Source of the DNA: Eledone cirrhosa
Taxonomy: Eukaryota
NCBI GenBank assembly: GCA_964016885.1
Contig: OZ024754.1
Location: 11,284,001-11,348,000 of the forward strand
DNA length: 64,000 nucleotides
Direction of reading: 5' to 3'
Part shown: piece by piece, positions 1 to 13,577 of the stretch
Position numbering within the stretch: the first letter of the stretch is position 1
How the letters are laid out: each line of letters starts with the position of its first letter
The notes under the pieces: model-generated
Told to the model about the DNA's origin: nothing
The model's input: only the letters and a program-made list of their open reading frames with translations
Databases searched by the model: none
Position numbers and translations under genes: made by a program

Positions 1-1404
1 GCTACTTCTCTGAATTGAGAAATCACTGCTTCGATACTACAGGCATGTGGTTAGAATGTCTCAGGAAAGAATCACTGGAGTCACTCCAGGTAGAGCTGCT
101 ACTTCTCCACATTGAGAGATCACAGCTCCGATACTACAGGCATGTGGTTAGAATGTCTCAGGAAAGAATCACTGGAGTCACTCCAGGTAGAGCTGCTACT
201 TCTCCACATTGAAAGATCACAGCTCCGATACTACAGGCATGTGGTTAGAATGTCTCAGGAAAGAATCACTGGAGTCACTCCAGGTAGAGCTGCTACTTCT
301 CTGAATTGAGAGATCACAGCTCCGATACTACAGGCATGTGGTTAGAATGTCTCAGGAAAGAATCACTGGAGTCACTCCAGGTAGAGCTGCTACTTCTCCA
401 CATTGAGAGATCACAGCTCCGATACTACAGGCATGTGGTTAGAATGTCTCAGGAAAGAATCACTGGAGTCACTCCAGGTAGAGCTGCTACTTCTCCACAT
501 TGAGAGATCACAGCTCCGATACTACAGGCATGTGGTTAGAATGTCTCAGGAAAGAATCACTGGAGTCACTCCAGGTAGAGCTGCTACTTCTCTGAATTGA
601 GAGATCACAGCTCCGATACTACAGGCATGTGGTTAGAATGTCTCAGGAAAGAATCACTGGAGTCACTCCAGGTAGAGCTGCTACTCCTCCACATTGAGAG
701 ATCACAGCTCCGATACTACAGGCATGTGGTTAGAATGTCTCAGGAAAGAATCACTGGAGTCACTCCAGGTAGAGCTGCTACTTCTCTGAATTGAGAAATC
801 ACTGCTTCGATACTACAGGCATGTGGTTAGAATGTCTCAGGAAAGAATCACTGGAGTCACTCCAGGTAGAGCTGCTACTTCTCCACATTGAGAGATCACA
901 GCTCCGATACTACAGGCATGTGGTTAGAATGTCTCAGGAAAGAATCACTGGAGTCACTCCAGGTAGAGCTGCTACTTCTCCACATTGAAAGATCACAGCT
1001 CCGATACTACAGGCATGTGGTTAGAATGTCTCAGGAAAGAATCACTGGAGTCACTCCAGGTAGAGCTGCTACTTCTCTGAATTGAGAGATCACAGCTCCG
1101 ATACTACAGGCATGTGGTTAGAATGTCTCAGGAAAGAATCACTGGAGTCACTCCAGGTAGAGCTGCTACTTCTCCACATTGAGAGATCACAGCTCCGATA
1201 CTACAGGCATGTGGTTAGAATGTCTCAGGAAAGAATCACTGGAGTCACTCCAGGTAGAGCTGCTACTTCTCCACATTGAGAGATCACAGCTCCGATACTA
1301 CAGGCATGTGGTTAGAATGTCTCAGGAAAGAATCACTGGAGTCACTCCAGGTAGAGCTGCTACTTCTCTGAATTGAGAGATCACAGCTCCGATACTACAG
1401 GCAT
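1..1404. repeat. 97-bp tandem array (~14.5 units) derived from the 3' coding end of an RTE LINE
   Basis: The unit GCTACTTCTCCACATTGAGAGATCACAGCTCCGATACTACAGGCATGTGG... repeats every 97 bp. It translates to LQVELLLLHIERSQLRYYRHVVRMSQERI, the RTE C-terminal 'QLRWxGHxxRM' region. Confidence 0.9.
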
Positions 1405-1552
1405 CAATGAACTTGGCAGGTCACACTTGGGGATCCAGCCAGATCAGTTAGACAGTTGCTTCTGACAGGACCTGCTGAAGAGAGGGTTTGAGGACTCTGT
1501 CCCCCATGACCCTCTCACGAATAAGTGGGCGAAGAAGAAGAGAAGAGAAGAG
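1405..1552 (+). mobile_element. RTE (Expander/Rex3-like) LINE 3' end with (GAA)-rich tail
   Basis: Continues from the array with INELGRSHLGIQPDQLD-like coding remnant, then GAAGAAGAAGAGAAGAG. It is homologous to the reverse copy at 32110-32950. Confidence 0.7.
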
Positions 1553-1837
1553 AGCTGTGAATAGCAATAGCAGAATTGGTAGAGCACTGGAAAAATATCC
1601 CTGTGTTGTTCAGTTACGTCGATTGATTTATATTTGTATGTGGTTTGTGTGAATGGACATCATCATCATCATCATCATCATCAACATGATGACGATGAGG
1701 AGGAGGAGGAGGCTGCCTCAGGTGGATTGGTATTAAAAGAGTTAATTATGAAATATGTCATTAGCCTTCATATAATTATCTTCCTTCTTCTACTTGCTTG
1801 AGGTGGTGAGGGTGGGGTGTTCTTTTCTGAACACCTT

Positions 1838-4732
1838 CTGTCCAGCCCTCCCGAGGGTTTGAACACCTTCCACTGTCCAGCCCCCCTGAGGGTTTGAACA
1901 CCTTCCACTGTCCAGCCCTCCCGAGGGTTTGAACACCTTCCACTGTCCAGCCCTCCTGAGGGTTTGAACTCCTTCCACTGTCCAGCCCTCCTGAGGGTTT
2001 GAACTCCTTCCACTGTCCAGCCCTCCTGAGGGTTTGAACTCCTTCCACTGTCCAGCTCTCCTGAGGGTTTGAACACCTTCCACTGTCCAGCCCTCATGAG
2101 GGTTTGAACTCCTTCCACTGTCCAGCCCCCCTGAGGGTTTGAACACCTTCCACTGTCCAGCCCTCCTGAGGGTTTGAACACCTTCCACTGTCCAGCCCTC
2201 CTGAGGGTTTGAACACCTTCCACTGTCCAGCCCCCCTGAGGGTTTGAACACCTTCCACTGTCCAGCCCTCCTGAGGGTTTGAACACCTTCCACTGTCCAG
2301 CCCTCCTGAGGGTTTGAACACCTTCCACTGTCCAGCCCTCCTGAGGGTTTGAACACCTTCCACTGTCCAGCCCTCCTGAGGGTTTGAACACCTTCCACTG
2401 TCCAGCCCCCCTGAGGGTTTGAACACCTTCCACTGTCCAGCCCTCCTGAGGGTTTGAACACCTTCCACTGTCCAGCCCTCCTGAGGGTTTGAACACCTTC
2501 CACTGTCCAGCCCTCCTGAGGGTTTGAACTCCTTCCACTGTCCAGCCCTCCTGAGGGTTTGAACTCCTTCCACTGTCCAGCCCTCCTGAGGGTTTGAACT
2601 CCTTCCACTGTCCAGCTCTCCTGAGGGTTTGAACACCTTCCACTGTCCAGCCCTCATGAGGGTTTGAACTCCTTCCACTGTCCAGCCCCCCTGAGGGTTT
2701 GAACACCTTCCACTGTCCAGCTCTCCTGAGGGTTTGAACACCTTCCACTGTCCAGCCCTCATGAGGGTTTGAACTCCTTCCACTGTCCAGCCCCCCTGAG
2801 GGTTTGAACACCTTCCACTGTCCAGCCCTCCTGAGGGTTTGAACACCTTCCACTGTCCAGCCCTCCTGAGGGTTTGAACTCCTTCCACTGTCCAGCCCTC
2901 CTGAGGGTTTGAACTCCTTCCACTGTCCAGCTCTCCTGAGGGTTTGAACACCTTCCACTGTCCAGCCCTCATGAGGGTTTGAACTCCTTCCACTGTCCAG
3001 CCCCCCTGAGGGTTTGAACACCTTCCACTGTCCAGCCCTCCTGAGGGTTTGAACACCTTCCACTGTCCAGCCCTCCTGAGGGTTTGAACACCTTCCACTG
3101 TCCAGCCCCCCTGAGGGTTTGAACACCTTCCACTGTCCAGCCCTCCTGAGGGTTTGAACACCTTCCACTGTCCAGCCCTCCTGAGGGTTTGAACACCTTC
3201 CACTGTCCAGCCCTCCTGAGGGTTTGAACACCTTCCACTGTCCAGCCCTCCTGAGGGTTTGAACACCTTCCACTGTCCAGCCCCCCTGAGGGTTTGAACA
3301 CCTTCCACTGTCCAGCCCTCCTGAGGGTTTGAACACCTTCCACTGTCCAGCCCTCCTGAGGGTTTGAACACCTTCCACTGTCCAGCCCTCCTGAGGGTTT
3401 GAACTCCTTCCACTGTCCAGCCCTCCTGAGGGTTTGAACTCCTTCCACTGTCCAGCCCTCCTGAGGGTTTGAACTCCTTCCACTGTCCAGCTCTCCTGAG
3501 GGTTTGAACACCTTCCACTGTCCAGCCCTCATGAGGGTTTGAACTCCTTCCACTGTCCAGCCCCCCTGAGGGTTTGAACACCTTCCACTGTCCAGCCCTC
3601 CTGAGGGTTTGAACACCTTCCACTGTCCAGCCCTCCTGAGGGTTTGAACACCTTCCACTGTCCAGCCCCCCTGAGGGTTTGAACACCTTCCACTGTCCAG
3701 CCCTCCTGAGGGTTTGAACACCTTCCACTGTCCAGCCCTCCTGAGGGTTTGAACACCTTCCACTGTCCAGCCCCCCTGAGGGTTTGAACACCTTCCACTG
3801 TCCAGCCCTCCTGAGGGTTTGAACTCCTTCCACTGTCCAGCCCCCCTGAGGGTTTGAACACCTTCCACTGTCCAGCCCTCCTGAGGGTTTGAACTCCTTC
3901 CACTGTCCAGCCCTCCTGAGGGTTTGAACACCTTCCACTGTCCAGCCCTCCTGAAGGTTTGAACACCTTCCACTGTCCAGCCCTCCTGAGGGTTTGAACT
4001 CCTTCCACTGTCCATCCCCCCTGAGGGTTTGAACACCTTCTACTGTCCAGCTCTCCTGAGGGTTTGAACACCTTCAACTGTCCAGCCCCCCTGAGGGTTT
4101 GAACACCTTCTACTGTCCAGCCCCCCTGAGGGTTTGAACACCTTCTACTGTCCAGCCCCCCTGAGGGTTTGAACACCTTCTACTGTCCAGCTCTCCTGAG
4201 GGTTTGAACTCCTTCCACTGTCCAGCTCTCCTGAGGGTTTGAACTCCCTCCACTGTCCAGCTCTCCTGAGGGTTTGAACTCCTTCTACTGTCCAGCTCTC
4301 CTGAGGGTTTGAACACCTTCCACTGTCCAGCCCCCCTGAGGGTTTGAACACCTTCCACTGTCCAGCCCTCCTGAGTGTTTGAACACCTTCCACTGTCCAG
4401 CCCTCCTGAGGGTTTGAACACCTTCTACTGTCCAGCTCTCCTGAGGGTTTGAACACCTTCCACTGTCCAGCCCCCCTGAGGGTTTGAACACCTTCCACTG
4501 TCCAGCCCTCCTGAGAGTTTGAACACCTTCCACTGTCCAGCCCTCCTGAGGGTTTGAACACCTTCCACTGTCCAGCTCTCCCAAAGGTTTGAACACCTGC
4601 TGTCTAGCTCTCCTGGGGGTTTGAACACCTGTCCAACTCTCCCAAAGGTTTGAACTCCTTCTGCTGTCCAGTTCTCCTGAGGGTTTGAACACCTTCTGTC
4701 CAGCTCTCTCAAGGGCTTGAACTCCTCCTGAG
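1838..4732. repeat. 35-bp minisatellite (~82 units)
   Basis: Unit CTGTCCAGCCCTCCTGAGGGTTTGAACACCTTCCA. Units diverge progressively toward the right end. Confidence 0.97.
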
Positions 4733-4764
4733 AGTTTCTTACCACTTTTTTGAGATACTGTGTT

Positions 4765-5085
4765 ACACACACAACAGACATCACATACACATAAACATAA
4801 ACATCACACACACACACGTCACACACATCACATATACATGCAAACGCACACACACCTCGCACAAACATGCCACATACACACATCACTCATGCAAACACAT
4901 ACATCTCACTCACCCATACGCATTCAGAAACACACCCTCTCTCTCTTTCTCTCTCTCTCTTATTTCTCTTTCCCTTTCTATCTCTCTTTCTTCCCTCTCT
5001 TGCTATCACCCCCTCTCTCTCTTTCTTGCTATCTTTCTTTCTTCCATCTCTCTTGCTATCACTCCCCTCTCTCTCCCCCCACCCT
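4765..5085. repeat. CA-rich then CT-rich low-complexity tract
   Basis: Degenerate (CA)n followed by (CT)n. Confidence 0.85.
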
Positions 5086-5539
5086 CTGACTAATGACTCA
5101 ACAGTATCTCTATGAGCTAATTGGAGTGTTTTAGTGTCAAGATTTCTCCCAAGAATGAATAACATGAATTATTTAGAGATGACAAATATTAAACCAAATA
5201 TAAAAGAGATTGCCTCTAACAGATGAACAGATGAACCGTACAAGTTTAGCTGATAAAATTACTAGATTTTAACCTTAGTCATTTCATCTTTATAGTGAAG
5301 ATTAAAGATTTACATGTCCTAAAATTTAAGACGTACAAATGTCTGTCTCAACACGTTTACGGACTATTCTTCGAAAACAGATCTTTGAACACATTTCTTC
5401 AAAAACAAAAACTTCTAAGTAAGATATCTTTGACAAGTAAAAACTTTGTAGTAGAATACCTTCGACAGGCCAACTACTTCGAATCATCAATTGTGGACTT
5501 ATTTCAGAAAACAAACAAGGGTTAGGGTTTTGATTAGTA

Positions 5540-5547
<8 letters not shown>

Positions 5548-5577
<30 letters not shown>

Positions 5578-5915
5578 AATTATTGTGTACAATGCTCAGG
5601 TGCACTACAACTATTCAAAGGGGCATATATAGTACATAGAATAATGTACAAATGTCAGGAAAGTGAACAGTGTATCAGTCATGATATACATGTGTGCGTG
5701 TATGTGTATTGAGGGGAGAATATCAGGTGTAGTGTTGGCAAATCTCAGGAAGCATGGAGGTTTTAAAGGATGTAGTGTCTTGGCAGCTAACAACTGATGC
5801 AGGTAGTTTGTTCCATGCTTCAGCAACTCTGAGCATGAAAAAATGTTTCCAAAAGTCACGGGAGCTGTGCTGTTTTCTGACTTTGTAGGCAGGCCCATAT
5901 GTGTTAGACACATGG
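5548..5915 (-). mobile_element. CR1/L2-group LINE 3' fragment with (TTA)n tail
   Basis: Minus strand encodes RDFWKHFFMLRVAEAWNKLPASVVSCQDTTSFK, the CR1-type 'FFsxRVvxxWNxLP...sFK' C-terminal motif. The (AAT)n tail is at 5548-5575. Confidence 0.8.
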
Positions 5916-6519
5916 AATTCAAAAAGGTGTTTAGGGTTGTTGTTGGCAAGATGGTTAATAATTTTGTGGGTGTTTTGATTACCCTTTTATACAGATTATT
6001 GCCCAATCTCGTATTCAAAGAAAGTGTATGAAACTTTTCAGTGTTTTGATTTTCTGAGTAAAATACTTTCGAAGTGAATGCACTTCGAAAGTATCTGATT
6101 TAGAAGATTTGTATTCAAAGGAATGTTTTCTAAGATAAGTCTGTAATTCGTCTTAACAGGATGTTATCAAAGACATCCTTAGATTCAAAGAAAACATTTT
6201 TGGTGATCAAATCATTCACTTTGAAGATTTGTTGTGTTTATTGGTCGAAAAAGTGAATGGAAATAATTTCAAGATAACCTGCTTTTGATACAGCGCAAAT
6301 TGTGTGAAACCGGGATGTGGACTAAAATCTCCAGTTACCATTTTTTTTATTGGTTTCACTCACTGGAATGTGACGATACTAATGACCGACTTCAAAAGTT
6401 TTAGTCTGTTCATATCAACTTCACTATTCGTTTTAGTCTGACATATTTTATCTCTGTTTATTAAATGACTAAGTTACTCTATCAACATAAAGAGGCATAC
6501 ACAATTTTACACTGGTATA

Positions 6520-6835
6520 CACAAGCACACACACACACACACATGTACAACCACATACCTACACACACACACACGTGTACAACCACACACATACACACAC
6601 ACACGTGTACAACCACATACACACACGTATACAACCACATACACACACACACATACACACGTGTACAACCACACACATACACACATGTACAACCACACAC
6701 ACACACATGTACAACCACACACACACACACACAAGCACACACGTGCACAACCACACACATACATACACAAGCACACACCCATGCACAACCACACACATGC
6801 ACAACCACACACACGTGCACACACACATACATATA
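6520..6835. repeat. CA-rich minisatellite (GTACAACCACACACATACAC-like)
   Basis: Repeated TACAACCAC cores within (CA)n. Confidence 0.85.
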
Positions 6836-6998
6836 TAATATATAATGTGGAAAGTTACATAAGGTTAAACAATGCAAAATGGACTGTAAGATGAAGGTAA
6901 GAAAAAGGTAAGTTAGCAGGTAACTTACACAGGTAGTATGATGAGAGTGAGATGGTGTAGTAGTGGGGAGAGGGGTTGACAATGAACAGATCCAAATC

Positions 6999-7214
6999 TT
7001 AACCCTTTAGCATTTAAACCAGCCATATCCAGCCAGAATTCTCTCACCTCTTTCTGTTCAAACTGGCAGTAACTGGCCCCTCATACTTATGTGAAGGTAT
7101 TGTTCTCAAAATAAATAACATCAAAATCTCATAGATTCGATATTATGTGAGGTAAAGCCTTTACTGCGAAAATACAATAGTAAATATAGAGTAATGTAAA
7201 TACTAAAGAGTTAG
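6999..7214 (-). mobile_element. piggyBac-type MITE (~215 bp)
   Basis: TTAA-CCCTTTAGCATTT at the left end and a decayed CTAAAGAG-TTAG right end. The body matches six other copies in the window. Confidence 0.8.
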
Positions 7215-7529
7215 TCTCCAATCTTAGAGTAACCTTAATCTCCATTTGTCTTCCTTTCTTCTTTACTTATCACACCTACATACCAACACACACCTCTCTC
7301 AATCATCTATGTTTCATCTACTTTTCATCCACCTCACAACTTTCCATCTTTCCATAGCGACCACTGGCCTCTATTTTCTATCCTAAGAGGTATTTTTTTT
7401 CTGTGAAAATACAATAGTAAATATAGAGTAATGTGAAAGCTAAAGGATTAATAATCTCTGTTACCCTACTATTTTGACATCTATTTTGTATTGCTTCAAC
7501 AGCTGGGTTCTCCAACCCTGCAAATTACT

Positions 7530-8290
7530 CCTGGCTGTGGTCTTTTGTCTTATCCTCATATCCCCTGTAATGTTCAGCCTATTGAGACCAGTCTTCATCC
7601 CTTACTCCCATGTTGTCCCAGGTCTGTCTCTACCATACATTCCATCCACTTGGAACAATCAGCACTTGTTTATACAACTGATATCCTCCATATGCATCAC
7701 ATGTCTATACCAGCAGTTTTCTTTCTTGCACATTACATCTGGTTCTTCTTATACCAGCAGAGTATCTTCACTTCATTCTTTTTCTAGCCTTCACAAATAT
7801 TCTGCATTTAAGGCCCATGTTTCATCATCATGCAGCTTTGTACTTTGTACACAATCTGTCCTTCACCCCTAAAGAGAAACCCTTTGTTATTAGCAGAACT
7901 AGGCTAGTAGCTCCCTGAATTTTCTCCACCCAACTTTAACTCTAGCTACTATGATTTTGAACTTCCCACTCTACTGCTAATTAGGTTACCTAAGTAAGAA
8001 AAGCTATCAATTACTTTTAGGGGTCCTTTAGGGCATTTGAAATAATTTCTTTCATGTGTATTCTTACTGCTGACTGTTCCTGTGTATTTGCCACATACGA
8101 AGCCTACCTAATTTTGTCATTTTGTCTATGATTCTTCTATTCCTTCTGTGCATCCATAGTTTAAATTGGGTACATCGTATGAATATCTACCAACTCCTTT
8201 TCTGCATATCATGCATAGACATTTCTCTTATAGTATCACGATTGTCTTCCTTCTTACTTAAACTGTAGTTAGTCTTTGCTAAATCTGCTT
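7530..8290 (-). mobile_element. Old degraded RTE LINE 3' fragment
   Basis: Minus-strand remnants align with the RTE C-terminal regions at 8560-9370 (WYxHVM, KGFS and WxHxRC-like segments). Confidence 0.65.
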
Positions 8291-8536
8291 TATGACCTCA
8301 GTGTGTGTATATATATACTCATTCATTCAGTTAACACCTTAATATATACACAACTCCTGTCATTAGTTTATGTAGCATATGTAGGTTCTATGGTGATTGA
8401 TTGCTAGCTTAATGATCAACTTTCCTTGTGAACAAGAACAACTTGTCTGTAAGTGGAGTTAAAATCTTCAATATGAGTCAATAAAACATCAGTTTTACAT
8501 TGCTTCTGTTCCTTATATCCACTGAACTATAACACC

Positions 8537-11175
8537 CTAATCATCATCATCATCATAATTTTTACGTCCGCTTTTCCCTGCTTGCACAGCATCTCTCCAC
8601 TTGTCACGGTCCTTCGTCATCTCCTCGGTGAGCTTCAGCAATCTGAGGTCTGCTCTCACCACCACCGCCCATGTTTTTCTACCACGTCTTCCTTTAACTG
8701 GCATTCGGTCATCCTCCATGCGCATCACATGTCCATACCACCGCAGTCTCCTCTCAGACACAGTTTCTCTCTCAACACATTCATGCTGGGTCATTCACGC
8801 ACATTGACATTGCACATCCAACGGAGCATGCTTGCCTCATTTCTCTCCAGCCGTCACATATCCTCTGCAGTTGTTGCCCAAGTCTCACTACCATGCAGCA
8901 TCGCGCTCCTCACACAGGCATCATATAACCGGTCTTTCATATGCAAGGAGAAACCCTTCTTCGTCAGCAGAAGGAAGCAGCTCCCTAAACTTCTCCCAAC
9001 CCATCCTTATTCTAGATACTATGGCCTCGGAACCCCCCCCCCCTCCCATGCTAATCTAATCTCCTAGGTACCGGAATCTATCAACCACTTCTATAGCAGC
9101 TGCCTGCATTTGAAAAATGTGTCTATCAATGCAACTTCTACTGTCTAATTTCCCTGTACATCTACTGCATATGTATTTCTGCTATCCCACTACATCTCTT
9201 GTGTACCCAGGATCTGCATTGTGTGCATTTTATAGAATTTATGCCAGTTCCTTTTCTGTATATCGAACATGGCCATTTCCCTGATGGAATCAGAGTTTTG
9301 TCCTCTTTTCTACTCATCAACACTTTTGTCTTAGCTAGGTTCACTCTCAGTCCTCTTGCTTCCAACTGCTGTTTACATAGCCAGAATTTATTTTCTAGCT
9401 CCTCTACTGATTCTGCTATAAGAACCAGATCATCAGCATAGAGAAGTTCCCATGGACAGCCAGTCTTAAACTTCTATGTTATGGCTTGGAGGACTATAAT
9501 GAACAAGAGCGGGCTGAGGACCGAACCTTGATGTACTCCTACTTGTATCTGGAATTCCTCACTAAACTCCATTCCTACCCTGACTTTACTGACAGTACCT
9601 CTGTACAAAGTTTGCACTGTCCTCACAAGCCATTCCTCAAAACCTAGTTTCCTTAGGGACCACCAGATGACAGATCGGTGTACCCTATCAAAGGCCTTCT
9701 CTAGGTCAACAAAGGCTAAGTATAGTGGCTTATTCTTCTCTAAGAACCTCTCTTGTAATTGTCTCACCAAGAAGAGGGCATCTGTTGTACTTTTCCCAGG
9801 CACAAAACCAAACTGCATCTCATCTAGTTTGACCCTTTCTCTAATTAGTTGTGCTAATATCCTTTCTGCCACTTTCATAGCTTGATCCATCAGTTTTATA
9901 CCCCTATAATTGCTCCTCGGCATCATTCCGGACACATTTATCTCCAACAACATCCTGATTTGCATTGACACACTGCCTTGCAATGTGGAACACCACACGT
10001 CTCTGATCTTCCCATCGCAGAACATTGGCAAACCTCCTACTCTCAGCCTCTCTGCGTGCTAAGTACACCTGACGTCTAGCTTCTCTCTTAGTGGCTGTAT
10101 ATCTTTCTCTACTCCCACCCTTTTTCCAAGCTTTCCATGCTAGTCTTTTGTCTCTAATGGCCCTATCTACCATGCTGTTCCACCACCAGGTCACTCTCTG
10201 TCTGGTTGGAGCTCTGCTCCAGCCGCAAGTTTCATCAGTAGCCTGCAGTAAGTTGTCACGTAAGAAATTTCAGTTATCATCTATGTCATATGACTCTAAA
10301 TCGTCTTCTTTTTCGCCATACACATCTTGAAGGGCTTTCCTAAATGTGCATTTTAGTGAAAGGTCTTTTAGCTTCCAGACCTTTCTTCTCCACACCTTCC
10401 TGTATGTCTCATTCCGTCTCTTGCTTACTTAGATATCACTAACGACTAACCTATGCTGTGGGGTACATTCTTCCCCAGGTTATGCCTTGGTATTTGACAC
10501 TATCTGCCTGTCCCGCTGCCTAACTGGTAAGAAGTTAATCTGGTTTATGTGCTCGCCTGATTTGTAGGTTATTAGGTGGTTGGCAGGTTTCTGGAAGTTA
10601 GTGTTGTAAATAGTCAGTGTACTTGCATCACAAGATTCAAGAAGTCTCACTCCTTATCCATTTCTTGAGCCGTAACAGTGCCCACCATGTACCCCAGTGT
10701 AACCATCCTGGAGCGTCCAACATGACCATTGAAGTCCCCTGCTAGCATAACGATGTCTCCGTCCTCTGTCATTGCGGTTGTTTGTAAAAGTTGCTCGTAA
10801 AAGCAGTCTTTCTCTTCTTTGCCTAGGCCTGCTTGAGGAGCATAGGCAGAGATGATTGTCAGTAGTCTCCTGCCTACAACTAATCTAAGCTTAATTATTC
10901 AATTATTAACTCGAACTACCTTTATTGTCTTATTGCTCCGTCTCTCAGCCAGGAAAATGCCTACTCCCCTAACCCATCATCCTTACCTACCCAGAAAAGC
11001 TTATAACAAAGATATTTGCTTGTGATTAGTCTCGCAGAGACACCTCTCCATCTCACCTCTTGCATGCAGCACCCATCTACATGCCTTCTCTCTAGCATCT
11101 CCGCTATCTCACCAGATCTACCTGTGAGAGTGCCAACATTAAGTATGGTAACTCTGAGATGCGACGTCTTCATAT
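8537..11175 (-). mobile_element. Disrupted near-full-length RTE-clade LINE (APE + RT + Cys-rich insert + C-terminus)
   Basis: APE start LRVTILNVGTLTGRSGEIAEMLERRHVD (10961-11173). RT motifs [40 protein letters not shown] and YADD. C-terminal RRLRWYGHVMRM and a (GAT)n tail. Frameshifts, stops and an internal deletion near 9905. Confidence 0.95.
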
Positions 11176-11589
11176 TTTTGTTGTTCTTTTTCCTGTGTGT
11201 GATTGATTGGTGATGGTCGGGGGGTTCTCGTACATGGCCACACCAGCCACCCCACTACCATGTGCAGCCCTAACATGGTCAGTGCTATTGCTGTTTACGC
11301 AGTTATTGCGATATATATTTGTTGTTGTGTTCATAATTGTTTTGGCATTGATACACTGGTTGGATGCCCTTCCTAACACCAGTGCCACTTTACAGCATGG
11401 ACTGTGTGCTTTTATTCGTGCCACCAGCACTAGAGAGGATGTCTTACTGGACTCATGGGCCCTCTCTACCCCTCCATTTTACAGCATGGTCATAACAATA
11501 ACAATAACACTATTAATATTTATTAATTAATGCACTCGTGCAATGCCTGTGCATGACGAATATTTTTAAAGTGAGGAAAGACTGTGCAC

Positions 11590-11950
11590 TGAATCAATCC
11601 CACTCTCTGAGCGACAGTAGCTATAACCCGAAAAGAAGAAAAGATCAACACCATCGGTAACTACTGAGCCGCAGGTTTTATGTCGGAGTTAACCCAGTTT
11701 CCTGAGATGCCTTCTCCTAAAAGAATGCTCTGACAAGGGGTAGGGGTTCTTCACTCCCAGTGGTTTAACTGCGCGATCCAGCCCGATTATTTCTATGTCC
11801 CCTATGTCATATATTAATATAAATCACCACCTCATGTTCCTCATGGCAAACAAGATGAAGAAGACATTGCCCCAGGGGATGGCAAGGGATATGTGCTGGA
11901 ACAGCCATTCCACCTTGCGGGGCCTGCACTTGCAGGTAGCCAGTTGCACT
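11590..11950 (-). mobile_element. Probable RTE 5'UTR-like segment
   Basis: Minus strand contains TAGGAGAAGG plus flanks similar to the 53407-55030 duplicated element. It lies upstream of the RTE ORF in the same orientation. Confidence 0.4.
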
Positions 11951-11951
11951 C

Positions 11952-12293
11952 TCATCATCATCATCATTTCATTTTACGTCCACTTTTTCCCTGCTTGCAA
12001 GGGTGAGACGGGAACTGATTCTGGCTTGATTTCTACAGCTGGATGCCCTTCCTAACACCAACCTCATTTACAGTGAGTGCTGGGTGCTTTTCTGCCGTGG
12101 CACCTCCACGACCACTTTGCAGTGGAATGATAGGGACCCCAGTCCCTATCATCTCATTTCTACAGCTGAGTAAACTGGAGCAATGTGAAATAAAGTGTCT
12201 TGCTCAAGGAAACAACACATCACCCGGTCTGAGAATTGAACTCACAACCTTTTGATTGCAAGGCCAATGCTCTAACCACTAAGCCATGTGCCT
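11952..12293 (-). mobile_element. tRNA-headed SINE with RTE-derived 3' tail
   Basis: Head has GGCTTAGTGGTTAGAGC and GTTCAATTC (A/B boxes), then CCTTGAGCAAGACAC core, then GTTAGGAAGGGCATCCAGCTGTAGAAA tail and (GAT)n. Confidence 0.85.
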
Positions 12294-12353
12294 CTGATAA
12301 TATGAATTGGTGAATGCTCAGTATCTTCTTGGCCATGGTTATTGTATACTGCA

Positions 12354-13525
12354 TACTACAGATGATATGATACTAACCCTAATACTACAGATGATATGAT
12401 ACTAACCCTAATACTACAGATGATATGATACTAACTCTAATACTACAGATGATATGATACTAACCCTAATACTACAGATGATATGATACTAACCCTAATA
12501 CTACAGATGATATGATATTAACCCTAATACTACAGATGATATGATACTAACCCTAATACTACAGATGATATGATACTAACCCTAATACTACAGATGATAT
12601 GATACTAACCCTAATACTACAGATGATATGATACTAACCCTAATACTACAGATGATATGATACTAACCCTAATACTACAGATGATATGATACTAACCCTA
12701 ATACTACAGATGATATGATACTAACCCTAATACTACAGATGATATGATACTAACTCTAATACTACAGATGATATGATATTAACCCTAATACTACAGATGA
12801 TATGATACTAACCCTAATACTACAGATGATATGATACTAACCCTAATACTACAGATGATATGATACTAACCCTAATACTACAGATGATATGATACTAACC
12901 CTAATACTACAAATGATATGATACTAACCCTAATACTACAAATGATATGATACTAACCCTAATACTACAGATGATATGATACTAACCCTAATACTACGGA
13001 TGATATGATACTAACCCTAATACTACAAATGATATGATACTAACCCTAATACTACAGATATGATATGATACTAACCCTAATACTACAGATGATATGATAC
13101 TAACCCTAATACTACAGATATGATATGATACTAACCCTAATACTACAGATAATATGATACTAACCCTAATACTACAGATGATATGATACTAACCCTAATA
13201 CTACAGATGATATGATACTAACCCTAATACTACAGATGATATGATACTAACCCTAATACTACAGATGATATGATACTAACCCTAATACTACAGATGATAT
13301 GATACTAACCCTAATACTACAGATGATATGATACTAACTCTAATACTACAGATGATATGATATTAACCCTAATACTACAGATGATATGATACTAACCCTA
13401 ATACTACAGATAATATGATACTAACCCTAATACTACAGATGATATGATACTAACCCTAATACTACAAATGATATGATACTAACCCTAATACTACAGATGA
13501 TATGATACTAACCCTAATACCCTAA
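12354..13525. repeat. 29-bp minisatellite (~40 units) containing TAACCCTAA
   Basis: Unit TACTACAGATGATATGATACTAACCCTAA. Confidence 0.97.
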
Positions 13526-13577
13526 TAGATAGCAGTGTATTCAAATATGTGTAAACAACATTCACCGATTCTGCTAA

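Noticed and set aside
4735-4762. Possible Tc1-like terminal repeat (CAGTATCTCAAAAAAGTG on minus strand)
   Set aside because: No partner TIR, TA duplication or transposase remnant found.
1768-4770. Long 200-614 aa ORFs on the minus strand
   Set aside because: They are read-through of a 35-bp unit that lacks stops in all three frames. No splice or homology support.
1838-13525. CRISPR-like 35-bp and 29-bp repeats
   Set aside because: Units are contiguous with no unique spacers, there are no cas genes, and the context is eukaryotic.
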